Part shown: positions 1 through 13,055 of the stretch, in pieces
Layout of the letters: each line of letters opens with the position of its first letter
Position numbering within the stretch: the first letter of the stretch is position 1
Origin: Oculina patagonica
Taxonomy: Eukaryota
Length of the DNA stretch: 64,000 nt
Direction: 5' to 3'
Assembly (NCBI RefSeq): GCF_052425735.1
Contig: NC_135767.1
Coordinates: forward strand, 14,260,001-14,324,000
Program-made: the position numbers and the translations under genes
The notes under the pieces: generated by a model
Seen by the model: only the letters and a program-made list of their open reading frames with translations
The model's database searches: none
Told to the model about the DNA's origin: nothing

Positions 1-68
1 GACCGGACAACGGCTAATTTCGAGCACTGTTGTCATTATTGATCATGGATTCATGAAAAGCAACTTAC

Positions 69-2899
69 AAATGCCAGCAGTAGGTACATGTTTGTTGGGT
101 GCTCCTTGCGTTTAAACATCAATCCAATCAACAGGCCGATTGAAAGGATGAAGGCCACCATCAAAAACTCTGGTCTACAAGAAATATCACAACAACACAG
201 TTAATAGGTAAAGAGTGTCAAAAGAAATAAGATGAACTGAAACAAAACATCAGGTTTTGACATTTTGATGTTTTAAGTCCATGCACCCCAGGGGGGGGGG
301 CACTCCCATACATGAGCTATATAGGTATGTGCCGCTGTGAAGGGTATGGTTTTTAAGCAGTTTAGTCTGGGATAGGGTATAGAAATCAGAGAGTTTTGGT
401 CTAGAAAAGGGTAGCATTTTCCGGGAAACTGATCGACGGTATGACGGATATAGTCCAGAAACTCGGAAGAGAAAGAGGCTTTCCTAAACGTAAATAAAAT
501 CATCGCGGTATCATTGTTCACAGATGGTTTTCCATTAAAACACTGATAATGATATAGTTCTAACAAAATGCAAGTCTGGGATAGGGTAGGGATTTTCAGT
601 GTCTAGTCTAGTATAGGGTTGCAAAAATCAACGTGACAAAATGCCAATTTCCAGAGATTGAAAATTTTTAAATTTGCCTTAGGCCATCCCAATAAAATGT
701 TTCGTTTCCCATCGCCCGACCGACCCATTTTTTCGAAAAGTAAAAAAAAAAAAAAAAAAAAAAAATTCCAGATTCACTAGTACTTCAATTTACAATGACA
801 CGATCTTGTTTTATTAACAATGATTGGTATATGATGTCTTTGTCTTTGATAAACATCGATACTACGTTATTTAACCCTTTCACCGCACTTAACCGGAAAA
901 CCGGGATTCTGTTTTCGCACTGGAACGTACTAAACCGCTTTTCCGGGAATTTGACCGCTTAAGATTTGAGATCAGAAACCTAGGAACTAAGCTCCTAGAG
1001 TGGGGTCTAATATATTGTAAATTGAAAGCACATGGTCAGACTTCAAAATGGCGTCCTTGAATCGTGAAGTGAAGGAAAAAAAAACCGACAAAAACATGAA
1101 GTGAAGATGCGCGAATCAACATTTTCCGCCATATTTTGATTGACTAAGAAGATGCTCTTTCTAAGAGTTAGAATTTTGAGGCCAGTTTTAAAACTTGGAA
1201 GGAATTATTTTCACAATTTGTCAATGGTGAATGGCTCGAGTTATTGAAGACCTCTTCGAACCTCGGATGCCAGGATCAAAGCCGTATGGACTCAAACTGT
1301 CCTACCGTTTTCTACAGTCACGTTTTCCGTGCGGTTGAACAATGCGGTAAGAGTTGTACAAACTTTCCATTAATTTTTTGCTCTTTTTTGAATGAAATAA
1401 ATGTTCTAAGTTATCACAATGTTTTTGTCTTGGATTTTCTTGCTTGTGTTGTAATATTTGGAATACAAAAGCCTATTTAAAGTGCACAAACCCTGTTTAA
1501 AAAATCAAATCATGCTATTTTAGACGGAAAGTTTGACTTAGCTAGAAATTCGCCGTTCGGGAGGTTTTGCGTGCTGGAAATAGAATGGTGAAAGGGTTAA
1601 AGACTGTTTAGACATTTGATAAGGAATAACGAACGAAAAGACCACGTTTTCGAGTTGACTTTGTAATCAGGCTTTCTTACTTAGCAGCCTGGCCTTCTCT
1701 GGGACCCAAGTGTTTTTTTTTTTGCCCGACCGACCGACCCATCATCACAAAAGATGGGGCGATGGGAAACGAAACATTTTATTGGGATGGCCTTATTTAG
1801 TATTAAATTGTTCAGTAGACACTTTGCTAAGTTTTAAGCCACAATTCATAATTTTCCTAACAAAGTAGAGGGTTATACAGCCACATAAGATGCATAGTTT
1901 AATATTTTGTGTGACACTGTTTATTAACTTTGACACATGATGACAGGTGTCAGTCAACATCAGACATTTTTCCGAACACTACAACATAAAGAAAAGTTAT
2001 TAATGAGGTTTTTGTGAAAGTTTGGTAATCATATCTTTAAATCTGAATATTCTACAGATTTTTAGTATTTTAGCACTAGAGAATTTAATTATATTCCAAA
2101 ATAAATTTGGGCTGTAAAGGGCTAACTCAAATGAGAAATAGCTATTGTACATGTACCTTTCTTGAACAAAACCTTTGATGCTTTCTGAGTACATAAATAT
2201 GCCTGCCACAATAATGGTCAGGGAAAGCTGGGCAGTAAGAATACCATAAACCTTCCTTAGAAAACCTGCAATAAAAAAAAAAAAGAAGCAAACACATTTC
2301 AGAATAATCTACGCAAGCAACACATATTTATTAGAGTCAGGTCTTTGTATATAAGCTTATTTCCACAAGTCTTACAGAAATAACATAATATTACTGATGT
2401 ACTTAAAAATAATACGTTTGAACTTTCAGTTTAGTAATATTAATATAAGCTTTAGATATATCATAAACTGACGTACACCCGGAAATCATGTTTTGTTTTA
2501 TTTATATTCAGAATTCAAAACAACAGGAAAAAGTAACAGCGATAACAAAATTTGTTATATCTTGCATTTTATACAAATATTCGAAGTTGTAGTTGTATTT
2601 CAGTCAATGACAGCAATTTGGAATGTGTATTTATAAAAGAGAGGATTTTAAAAGATCAATGGCAAAACAATTCAATCGCGCTAAGCTTACAAAATTGCTT
2701 TCGAAATCATTTTTTGGAGGAAGAACATATTTCCTCATTAACTTCCTCATTAAGGCATTATGAACACTCTAAAATACAAACCAAGTCGAATCTTGATATT
2801 CGTCTGGGCAACTGTGACTCCATAAGTGAAATCGTCCTCCAAACTCGACATTTTTGACCCTCCAAACATAACATTCGATTCACTCTTGCTAGTCGCCAT
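69..2899 (-). CDS. TMBIM4: Protein lifeguard 4 / GAAP (Bax inhibitor-1 family), 5' part; continues beyond the window start
   Basis: Exons 2899-2782, 2265-2157, 174-69 with GT-AG introns and consistent phases give MATSKSESNVMFGGSKMSSLEDDFTYGVTVAQTNIKIRLGFLRKVYGILTAQLSLTIIVAGIFMYSESIKGFVQERPEFLMVAFILSIGLLIGLMFKRKEHPTNMYLLLAF. This matches the recalled TMBIM4 pattern SIEDDFNYG...IRMAFLRKVY...YPLNLYLLF. Confidence 0.93.
682..1792. mobile_element. PIF/Harbinger-type MITE in a TMBIM4 intron
   Basis: 36-bp TIR GGCCATCCCAATAAAATGTTTCGTTTCCCATCGCCC at both ends; TTA target duplication (679-681, 1793-1795). Confidence 0.85.
875..1596. mobile_element. piggyBac-type MITE nested in the Harbinger MITE
   Basis: TTAA|CCCTTTCACC ... 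GGTGAAAGGG|TTAA. Confidence 0.8.
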
Positions 2900-3192
2900 A
2901 TTGGAAGTCTGCAAATCACCTTCGTAGCCAAAAATTAACCCCGAAATAACGGAGCTGCTGATTGGCTGGTTTTAACAATGAAGCCAATCGCGTCTCGTGT
3001 TAGAAATTTCCTTAGAAACCCTTTCCAAATATGGTGGGATAAGTGACTACCTCCGGCTGGAATTATGACGTCAATTTCAATGGCGCCATTTTTGTTGTCC
3101 GTGATTCAGGCAGCGTTTTGAATATTTTAATTTTTCGCAACATTTCTTGCGGTAATCTTAAACGAAAGGCTGTTTCGATGCTCGTTCAAACG
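2900..3192. promoter_or_regulatory. Bidirectional promoter and 5' UTRs of TMBIM4/PPP4R2
   Basis: 293 bp between the divergent ATGs; opposed CCAAT boxes (ATTGG 2961, CCAAT 2984); CRE palindrome TGACGTCA 3066-3073; YY1-like palindrome AATGGCGCCATT 3079-3090. Confidence 0.7.
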
Positions 3193-5071
3193 ATGGAGAA
3201 TAATGAAGAAATGCTTCAAGCCTTGCACGGTAAGTTTGGTAAAGAAAATCGGCGTGTGAGAATAAAAATCTACGCCGAATTTTCTCGATGTATGATTCTG
3301 ATATTCGCGGTGCTTTTGTTACAGAGTTCGAGAACATGACGAATTCGGAGAAAGTCCTTACACAAGAACTGGAGGACATGCTCTCGTACATTGCGAAAAC
3401 CGGCAGAGTGTTGTAAGTGCCGATCTGTCAAATATCTATTTAGTTGCGTTATGTCATTTGAAATGTTATTGCTTGAAGGTCGCATGGATGTAAATTGAAG
3501 GCGATCGAGCTAATCAACTTAACTCGGATCGTTATCAACGTGGCGAATTTAAGGATGTTATAGCAAGATTTTTTCTACACGTTTAGTGATGTTTATTTGC
3601 ACGTGGTTACTGGTCAGTGCTTTAATTTTACTCAATTATTTTGTATAAATTATTTCTTCGTCGTTTTGCTTCAAACGCCGGCCAGCGGTTGCCATCAGTG
3701 GATTGCGCAATTGTTTTTTGGTCAGGCGATGTTATATACTATCCCCAGGAAAGATTAGAGTGGGGTTTTCGATTCCAATGTTGCTATGAGACAGGAAGTG
3801 CCATCGCTGCCCGATGCTTTTTTTTCTCATTGTTTTCCTAGTATACACACGTATGTGTTGGAAATGAGTTTTTGGTTGCACCCATTCAAAACGCTGTAAA
3901 CTACATGTAGAGAAATAATTTCTAGTTAAGTACACGAAGAAGTTATATCCCTAAAGAAGTAAAAACTGTAAACATGTAAAGATGTGCCGCCACCGATTCA
4001 CACGTAAAATTTCATCCTGCTTTATTCGCACAAAAGGTGAATGTCGGTGAAGTCTCACTTTACAATTAAATAAATGCAACAGAAGGCGAAATGTTGGTAC
4101 TTGCAGTGCACTCGTGAGAAATGAGAAACTTCTTGAGAGAAACAAGACGCGTCTCAAGAGAAATGAGATGTGTCTCGAGAGAAACGAGACGTGTCTCGCG
4201 AGATGGTGGTAACTTACATTTGAGCGGCACTGTAGGTCAAATTGGTTTTCAGGTTAAATCTGTTTTCAACCAAGGTTAATATGATAATAGGAGTCAGAAA
4301 CTCTGAGTACTTCAGCGTTTATTTTTCAACATTTGTCACTGAGGATTGCAGGGCTTTCAATAAGCCCTAGTACAGTCAACTCTCGCCTCGCGGACACCCC
4401 GCTACTGCGGACACTCGCTATTACGGACAAAATCCAGATCCCCGGTGAAAGAGGTTTGACTGGAAATGACTCCCGCTATTACGGACTCTCGCTATAACGG
4501 ACACTGAACGGCGTCCCGAGCGTGTCTGCTATAACAAGAGTTGACTGTAACTGCCAGAGCTCTGATGGTAATCATCAGGGTTTTCATTAAGAATTGTAAT
4601 AGCAGGAGGGTAGTGTAAACCGGAGAATGATTCTTAAAGGTTCCACATATTAATAAGAAAATAGGTAGAGGCCTTTGAAACTTAGCCGGAGAATTCTACG
4701 TACTAGAAGGAGAATTCTCCGATCTCCGGTTCCTAATGAACACCCTGAATCATAGCGAATCACCAACTAAAATGAATGCAGCTACCTTAAAAGGTTGGAT
4801 GATATCAGATTCTCATATTGCTATCTAATGGGTGCTGCAGGAGGGCAGCCCCCTGCCATCACATCACATTATGTTTATTTACCCTCAGATTTCAGAGCAG
4901 CTTGTACAGCTAATATCTCCGAGCATTTCAACCGTACACAGCATAATTGACAAAGGCCAGACCACAACACCGGGAACTCCATGCCCTACATTTTACGATA
5001 ATGCCCTACTCTTTGCGCCATCAGACTGAATCATCTGCTTTGGTTTGACTGCGTTCTATTAAAATCAATCT

Positions 5072-5102
<31 letters not shown>

Positions 5103-7632
5103 AACTAGTCAATCAATCAAATGTTTGATTGTGCTTGAAAACATATTAACATAAGTAAAAATTTATGAATTTCATGTATTCATTTCATATCTTCTCCATC
5201 CACGGGTATATTACGAACTCACAAGTGACCAGCTCCCAGTTGGCTTGATAGCTCAGTTGGTTAGAGCGCTGCACTAGTATCGCAGAGGTGATGGGTTCGA
5301 TTCCCGTTCAAGCCTGAATCTTTTTCAGACTTGCTTTTCTCAACTGCTTAAGTTGAGTACATTACTGGGATGATCTTTCATTTGCTTAAAAAAATTGCCA
5401 TTACTCTTATTAGTGATACATGTAGCTTCCCTATTTTTAGTAAATTTTAATACAAAGCTCACAGGGTAGTTATAAATTTAGCCTGAAATACATGTATGTG
5501 CAGAGGGCTATAAAGCTACATGTAGTCAAAAATTAAATTCTTCAACTTTTTTTCATAGGTTTCCTTGGGATTCATTGAAACCTGTGTTTTTGTTCAAACT
5601 TGACAAGGTAAGGCCAACAATGCTGTTAATAATAACATTATTTTACATGGTTTTCTAGGATTGGTTCAAATCACAGACTGAATAGTTAGATGTTTTGAGA
5701 AATTGAAAGTTATTTAAGGGGTTTTACTGGTAGTTCTCCTTGTGTTTCCAACTCCTCGATAATATGAGCCTTTTTGCAACCTTCACATTTTTTTTACCAG
5801 GTAATGCGGGAATTTTTCGAAAGTAGCCCATCCAGGAATGCTTCATCTTCTGAGCCAACTGTTACTGCAGACTTTGAAGTCATGAGGCAAAGACTTTTGG
5901 ACTGCCTGGATTCATTCACAAGGTTTGATACTTTTGTTCCCAGATGCTGTTGAAATGGCATTCTCTTCAGACCATTTTTTGCACCACTGCTTTCAGTCAT
6001 AGATTCAAAAAAAGTGATCACATCATGGTGATGGTGATGATGATCTTGTAACTGATAAAACATCATGTGACTGTCACCATATGGTCAACCCTCCAAGTTA
6101 AGACCATTTTAGTCGCCATCACCTCACCTAGCTTCTTTGTGCCTCGTGGCACATAAGGCCTCCACAGAATGCCTCCAATTTTCTCTGTTGGCTGCAGCTC
6201 TTGCCTCACCCCATGTACAGCATCCCTTGCTGTTCCTCTCTCTTTCTCTCTTTAGTCGCCATGGAGACTAAAATTTTGGAGCTGGCGACTAAATTTGAAC
6301 CAAGGTCGCCAGCCTGGTGACTAAAATTGAGAGGAATGATTGAAGGCATCAGCTTAAGTTGGTGACTAAAATTTTTCACTGGCGACCAAAACTTGAGTAG
6401 TTGGCGGCCAAATATGGCCACTTAGGAAAAAAGTAAACTTGGATGATGAATAGGGCCTAAAAAACAGATGCCTGGCAGCAGAATACCTAACAAGAGTAAA
6501 TGTTTGTTTAATCGATTGAAAGTTAAGTTTCCAGTGATGAGTTAAACAAATCACAATATCTTGGCGCTACTTAAATTATTTTTTTCCAAGAAAATTCGGT
6601 CAAAAGTCGGGGTGCGGCTTATACACGAGTGCGGCCTATACACATGCGAATACGGTATGTTCCTTATTGCACCTTTCAATAACACACAAACTCTGAAGTT
6701 CAAAACCTGACTAATTATTGCAATCATTGTGGCAACATCCAAGGAACCTTGAAAACCAGTTCAAACAAAATGGATCTTATTGAACCAACTCCAATGGTTT
6801 CTATTACTGTAAGAATTAGTATGGGTAATCAAGTGGTGATGAGTGAAATTAGGAAATAATTTCACGTGCATTTTGTCAAAATTCTAAGAATAAGAATTTT
6901 GACAAAATGCGCGTGAAATTATTTCCTAATTTCACGAGTATAACATTTGATTTCATATTAATATCATAGGTGACAATTATTACGCTTGAAATCTTAGGTT
7001 TTTGACTGGTATACTGCATCGGGAACTCTGAGCGTGAAAAGTTGAAAGCATACATGTTGCTTAAGTTCGCAAGTTTTTTAGTCTTTGAAGAAAACCTTTG
7101 TTCGACTCCTTTCTTCTGTTGACAAAAAGTTTCAAATATAGCTGGCTAAGATGAAATTCAAGCGAAAATATACAAAGTTTAAGCTTTAAATCCCGGACGC
7201 CATCTTGCCGCTAACTACGTTGCCGTGGCAATTTTATAATTTCACATGTGAAATTATAAATTTACGTTAAAATTTCGGGCCAAAATTAAGGAGTAATCTG
7301 TCACCTATGATATTATTAACTATACATCATCATAATTATTATTTTATTTGTGCTTGTTCAGTGCACCATTCACAATTCAAAGACTGTGTGAGCTGATGAT
7401 GGAACCCAGGAAAAATTACAGTAACAGCGAAAAGTTCATGAGAGGAGTTGAAAAGGTAAGAGCTAAGCTGCAGCCTGCAGTATTTAAATTTATCCAGCAT
7501 GAAACAACAGTAATTTTAGTCAAAAATCTGTTGGCATTTACAGTCTGGGAGGGGGGGGGTACTCAGGATTTCAAGTGACAGGGATGATCTAACAAGGGAA
7601 AAATATCCCTAGGGCTTCTGACAACCCCCCCC

Positions 7633-7663
<31 letters not shown>

Positions 7664-9665
7664 ACTAACCTTAAAAAATCTCATGCTGAAACATGTTTGT
7701 TTGTACTTTCTTTGCAGAAATATGCACTCGAGGCACTACCATGAATCACAATCTCCTACCCAAATCAAATCTCAGAATAAAAAATTTCAAACCGATAAAA
7801 TCCTTCGATCATCCCCATCACTTGAAATCCTGAGTACCCCCCCCCCCCCATGGGTCTACTTGTACATGTTAGTGTTCAGGGACTACCGCTAGACGAGATA
7901 GGTTAACATTGTTTCTTTTTGTTGCTGTTGTTTTCAGAACGTTCTTGTGGTTAGTACTGTAGAACTCGGCAGAGATGACATTGCTGTGTAAGTACCTTTA
8001 ATCTGTTAGCAATTTCTGTATCTCCATTCAGGGTTTGGTCTCTACATGTTGTCCTTTTGTAGTGTTGCCGAACACTATTACTCAAGTGCTTAGTCCATAG
8101 CAACCTGACAAGATAATTTTTGAAGGAGAGGGAGGGGGGAGGTTAACCTGTAATAAACTCTCTTTCCAGGTTGGAAATGGAGTGTGAGGCAGAGGGAGGG
8201 CAGTTGTAGCAATAACCTTTTTAATACTATAAGTTGCTTGCTGTTGAAATTGGAGTTACCATGTAAACACTGACCTGAAATATTAGGGACACTTACCGGT
8301 ATGTTTAGTGTTCCAAATGCAAGAAGGATCTTGACCCAAAATTAACTGAAAATCCTTGACCACTTTACAACCACTTTACAGTGGTCATACTGTAAACCGC
8401 CCAAGTGAGTCTTTATGTAGAAATATAGCATGATAAAATTTGCATTAACTGAAAAATCTGGAAAAAAATTCCGAGTAGGATTTGAACCCACGACTCTCTG
8501 TGATCTAGTTGGATGCATCACAGATATGCTTTAATGTGACTGCGTGATGCAGTTATGAGTCCTATGTATGTGTACTTGTACTGATTTGACTATGTGACTG
8601 ATTTGACTATATGACTGCATGATGTGGTTCCACATTTCACCCTTGCTCACCATAGAGTCTTCAGTAGCTCAGTGCTAGAGCATCCGACTAGATCACGGAG
8701 GGTCGTGGGTTCAAATCCCATCTGGAACTCGGAATTTTTTTCCGAGTTTTTCAGTTAATGCAAAATTTATCATGCGATACTGTAAGCAAGTCAGATTTGA
8801 TCAACTTAGCCTAAAACATCATCTGAATGTCTGTTTTCTTGTTTCACCAGCTTTAACCTAACAAACAACATTGATGGACAACACATGCTCTCAAATGTCC
8901 CAAATGGCCCAGTTACAAATGGAGTAATGACATTAGCAGTTACTTCTGAAGGGGACTCAGTCACCGACCATGGTTATGACGAACGCCTGTCACCTCATGT
9001 CACGCCAGAAGGTGTGACATCTAGTGTCACGCCAGACACAAACGGACCTACACCTCTAAATGCCTATGAAAACGGGCATGGAAATCAAGAACATTACAAC
9101 GGTGGCAGTTCACCTGCTCTGGGAGCTGCTACCGAAGAAAAATCCTCGGCGCCAGATGCGGCACCTCTGTCAAAACAAGAACTAAGCGAGGAAAATATGC
9201 TCACGAATAAGGAAGAGGAACATGAGCAACTAGAGGAAGCACCAGAAAGGGAAAACACAGATGGTGTCCCTGCAGATAATGCGAGTGAGATTCCTGCAGA
9301 AGAAAAGGAAGCCACTAACTCAAGTAGAGAAGAAGTGGAACAGGTTCCAGCTGCTGATGAAGGTAATTGGACACATGTTTTATACATACATGACGGACTC
9401 CGTGGAAAGTTGGACGTAATATATGAAACAGGAGAGACAGTGTTTCATCGGGGTATCCAAACACAGAGAAGAGAGTTAAAGTACGACGTGTGGCGGAGTA
9501 TTCTTGATGAAATTCAAGGTGTTTGGATAGCCGATGAAGCACTGTCTCGAGTGTTTGATATATCATCTCAATCAAAACGAAAACTAGCAAGTAAGCAGAG
9601 AAATAAAGTTGTAAAAATCTAATAATGCTAATTAAGACTGGGTATCCAAACCTCCTTCACGGTTA

Positions 9666-9702
<37 letters not shown>

Positions 9703-10254
9703 GTTTGAGCAGAATATTTTCCTTGTGAAACAAGCTCCATGCGTAAAGGGGGTCTCAGGTCAAAAAACCTTAGTTAAGCTTCATGACCCGACAAATTAAT
9801 GTAAAATTTGTATGGATTTGGTCGAAGAAGTGAAAATTTAACACGCTGAAAATTATTTGCTTGTCTTTCTGGAGCTTACCCATCAACATGGAAATTTTAG
9901 GATCAAATCGCAAACCTCTCCTTAGCAAGAAAAGAACTAAGCTTACACGTCTTCAGCCTTGCTTCAACCTAAAGATGACACTTTTTCAATGATATAAAAT
10001 AACTTGAATCCATCAAAAAGAAGTAAAATAGTTTGCTATCTTTAGGTTGAAACAGATTAAACTACATGTACAGTAGGCTGGAAACGGATTTAACCTGCAA
10101 CAGAAACACCTCCGTCCGGCTAATGTGCAACTTGTTTTTCTATCTTTTTTTCTTAGCAACAGATTCTGTCGAACAGCAGACAACAGATACATCAAAGATC
10201 CTCGAAACAAGTGAAACATGCCAAGAAGAAGAAGAACCGATGGATGAAAACTGA
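3193..10254 (+). CDS. PPP4R2: Serine/threonine-protein phosphatase 4 regulatory subunit 2 (~349 aa, 8 coding exons)
   Basis: Exons 3193-3229, 3325-3412, 5559-5607, 5801-5922, 7362-7455, 7938-7987, 8851-9362, 10157(or 10163)-10254; all GT-AG, total 1050 nt. Diagnostic motifs [38 protein letters not shown]...[14 protein letters not shown]; acidic tail ending EPMDEN. Confidence 0.95.
4373..4547. mobile_element. Tc1/mariner/pogo-type MITE
   Basis: TA|CAGTCAACTC ... GAGTTGACTG|TA with internal subterminal repeats (CGCTATTACGGAC). Confidence 0.75.
5083..5120 (+). repeat. (ATCA/ATCT)n microsatellite
   Basis: AATCAATCTATC repeated, visible directly. Confidence 0.8.
5242..5315 (+). tRNA. tRNA-Thr(AGT)-like sequence; probably a pseudo-tRNA or tRNA-derived repeat head
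   Basis: Cloverleaf GGCTTGA/TCAAGCC, D arm GCTC/GAGC, anticodon loop CTAGTAT, T arm ATGGG-TTCGATT-CCCGT; T5 run at 5321. There is an A:C mismatch in the anticodon stem and G at position 48. Confidence 0.45.
6844..6934. repeat. Long hairpin within an intronic interspersed repeat
   Basis: GTGAAATTAGGAAATAATTTCACG(T/C)GCATTTTGTCAAAATTCT and its reverse complement, separated by a few bases. Confidence 0.7.
7546..7854. mobile_element. MITE of the GGGGGGTACTC...GAGTACCCCCC family (same family as 20019-20453)
   Basis: GGGGGTACTCAGGATTTCAAGTGACAGGGATGATC / GATCATCCCCATCACTTGAAATCCTGAGTACCCCC inverted ends. Confidence 0.75.
8428..8775. mobile_element. Palindromic element whose ~90-bp inverted arms are tRNA-derived
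   Basis: Left arm 8428-8516 is the reverse complement of right arm 8680-8775. The right side carries A box TAGCTCAGTGCTAG and B box GGTTCAAATCC; the centre has TGACTG(A)TTTGACTAT repeats. Confidence 0.75.
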
Positions 10255-11919
10255 CGCTGTCTTGGGATAATATTGCTGTTCTTCAACAAATTGTTCGCTC
10301 CACAAGTTGCAAAAATGCTGTCATTGGATTCCATCGTTTCTGACTACAGGATCCCACAAGAAAAAAAGAGATTACTGCTGTTTTGACTGAGCTTTTTTTA
10401 CTAAGAAATTCAAAGTATTTGTTTATTTATATTTTCGCTGCTTTTATTTCTTTCGTTCTTTTTCATTCATTGCCTCAGTCTTCTCGTAAATCTTCGTTAC
10501 GCCCTCGGCAACACGCGGAAGATATCCAACCAAAAAACGAGCAGAAACTTCGGCGAAAACACCGATAGTTGTTACGTCACCATTGCGTCACAAGAACAGG
10601 TCACGTTGCCAAGCAACTGACATAAGCTGTGGGCTGCCCTTCTCACTAACTTTATTTTGGCCTCACTGTTTTTTGTCTTTAGACATAAACTCATCTTTCG
10701 TCCATTAGCTCTTTACTTTACTGTTAGACGTGTATACTCTTAGAACTCATCTTTACCCGTCAGCGTTTATTTTTCTTTCATTACCAGCCCTCTTTTAGTA
10801 AATAGTAAATCGCACGTCACTTGAGAGAAGATCTAAAAAGCGTTCTCTAATGATCCCGCGTTGTTGTCCCGCGTGATATTTGACTACATCCCATTCCAGT
10901 CTTTCAGCCTTCTAAACTTAAACTTATAGATACGACTTTTAGATGAGATACGTACCATTTAAGAGGAAAGTGGTAAACTGGACACTTTTTTCCAAATCTT
11001 ATTTTACCTTGTTCATTTTCTCGGCCTTTCTTTTCTTCCAATTTAATTTGAAGTGAAAATTAAAAGGTGGCTCTTGGGACCGATATTAAAGATTAAAATG
11101 AAACTTTCCCGAAGAGGGAAGCTTTGCTTGGTTTTAAGCTTCCTTCAGAAAATGTAGTTCGGCAATTTTAGTCCGTAGATGAAGCCCCTGAAAAGAGGTA
11201 TTTTATCCCCCAAAACGTTAATTGACTATGTAGAAAATCACAATAAAGAATCAAACAAGTCGGGTATTTGAGTAGTCGCTTGTCTCAAAGTATATATTTA
11301 TTTTTATTTATTACAATTTACAGGAAAAAATTCCGAGAAAAAAGTATAATTTTTTTTTTTCAGTTTTAGAATAGATTTTTAGCCAGTAAATGCGGCGGCC
11401 TGAAATGGCCAACGTAGCTTTAACTTTGAACTGAATTTTTGCAACCGATCGCTTGAAAAAAGAAGCACGCTTGGTAAGAGCATGCCAATGAGAGATCTTG
11501 GCCAAATGTCGGTTTGTTGTCTCGAAAGGTCACTTAACGCTTGACAACTTACCGAAGTATAATGACCCAGGAAGCGTGCAAGCGCGTATAGATTCTAGCC
11601 AAGAGCGTGAATAAATGTAGGATGGAGGGGTGGGGGCAAAAACTCGCATTGTATATTTACTATACTCGGCGTCTTGAAGACGGTCCATATTTCAGAAATA
11701 TACCACTATTTGTAGCCCTGGACCATGGGTTTTTTCCGACTTTTTTGCTTGTTTACAAGCAAGAAAAGAAGAATAGTGGAGAAGTTGTTCTATCTCGAAC
11801 CACATTCTTGTAAACTCTCTGCTTTAATTTGTCAAGGGAATACTTTCCGCTGTGGGTGATAAAAGCGCGTGACTTGTTAAGTGTCGCTCTATAGTTTTGC
11901 TTCAACACTTCCGTTGTTG

Positions 11920-12032
11920 CATTCTCGACCCCAGAGCACTTCTCTTTTGCGCATGACTGACGGCGAGACTGACGCCGAGAGACTGACGCCGTCAGTCATG
12001 CGCAAAAGAGAAGTGCTCTGGGGTCGAGAATG
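11920..12032. mobile_element. 113-bp fold-back MITE with 9-bp TSD (Mutator-like)
   Basis: Perfect ~45-bp arms CATTCTCGACCCCAGAGCACTTCTCTTTTGCGCATGACTGACGGC; flanks CCGTTGTTG / CCGTTCTTG. Confidence 0.8.
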
Positions 12033-13055
12033 CCGTTCTTGTAAAAAAAAAAACCGTGACTTGTAAAATTTACAAACGTTATATAACAATTAAAAACGTG
12101 AGTAGCCAAATCTTACGTGACATAACCAATTAAGAACGTGAGGGGTTAGCGCTCGAAGACAACGAACTTTAAAACGATTAAGAACGCAATTTGTACTGGT
12201 ACAAGTCTTAAGCGCTAATATTAATTTAACCTAAAACGATTAACAACGCAAATTTGTACTGGTACAAGTCTTTCACACACTAAAACGTTGCTAATAGTTA
12301 ACCAAAGGGAACTCATTTCGTGGCAATTGATTATTTCTGCTGAGTTGGACAATTTAGAATTGCAACATCATTCAATGCAGGTGTGAAGTGATATTTACAA
12401 GTGTTTTTGTAGCCTGTTGTGAAATACTTCCGGTGGAAGCAGTAAACGCTGAAAAATTTTGCTTCAGAAATTAATGCATCGCCATTAGAAAAAAAACAGC
12501 AACTGTTTTACTGGAAATGTAGTCGTTAGAAATGGCATGTGTAGCCGTAAGGTAAAGAATAACGCGAGGAGAAGCGGCTTTTGATAATATCGATATCCAA
12601 ACGAAAATTTTCTTCTCAATGTGGGGTTAAGATTGCGTGACGAGACAAAAGGTAACTCTGTCGGGTCTGGCCGACCCTGCATTAAGCCGAGTAGAAATCT
12701 TTCTAACTCGAAAGAAAACAACTATTTCGATTAAAGGCAAACGTCAAAGGTTATAATTTTTAACCAAGCCAAAGTATATGAGTCGCAAAGCGCCCAGCCG
12801 TCGCGACTGACAAAAACAGCATTTCCTCCGCGAAAATAAAAAAAAAATGCTTGAACTGATAGACGTTTGAATTCTTCCATGATATGTTCGAACAACAATG
12901 CCCAGGATAAACCTTCTACTCATACTAACTTCATGCAAAAACGTCGATATCTTTAAGAGATCTTTGATTAGATGGGGGTACTACTAGGGCTTTCCACAAG
13001 TTGCTCGGCAACTTTTTGGCAACTTTTCATATTTCGAGCAACTTTTTCCCCTTAA

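Noticed and set aside
9363-9622. C-terminal part of the 245-aa ORF 8885-9622
   Set aside because: Read-through past the donor at 9362 into intronic repeat-like DNA; the conserved EPMDEN end lies in the next exon.
11881-12089. Mirror ORFs sharing HSRPQSTSLLRMTDG on both strands
   Set aside because: An artefact of the palindromic MITE.
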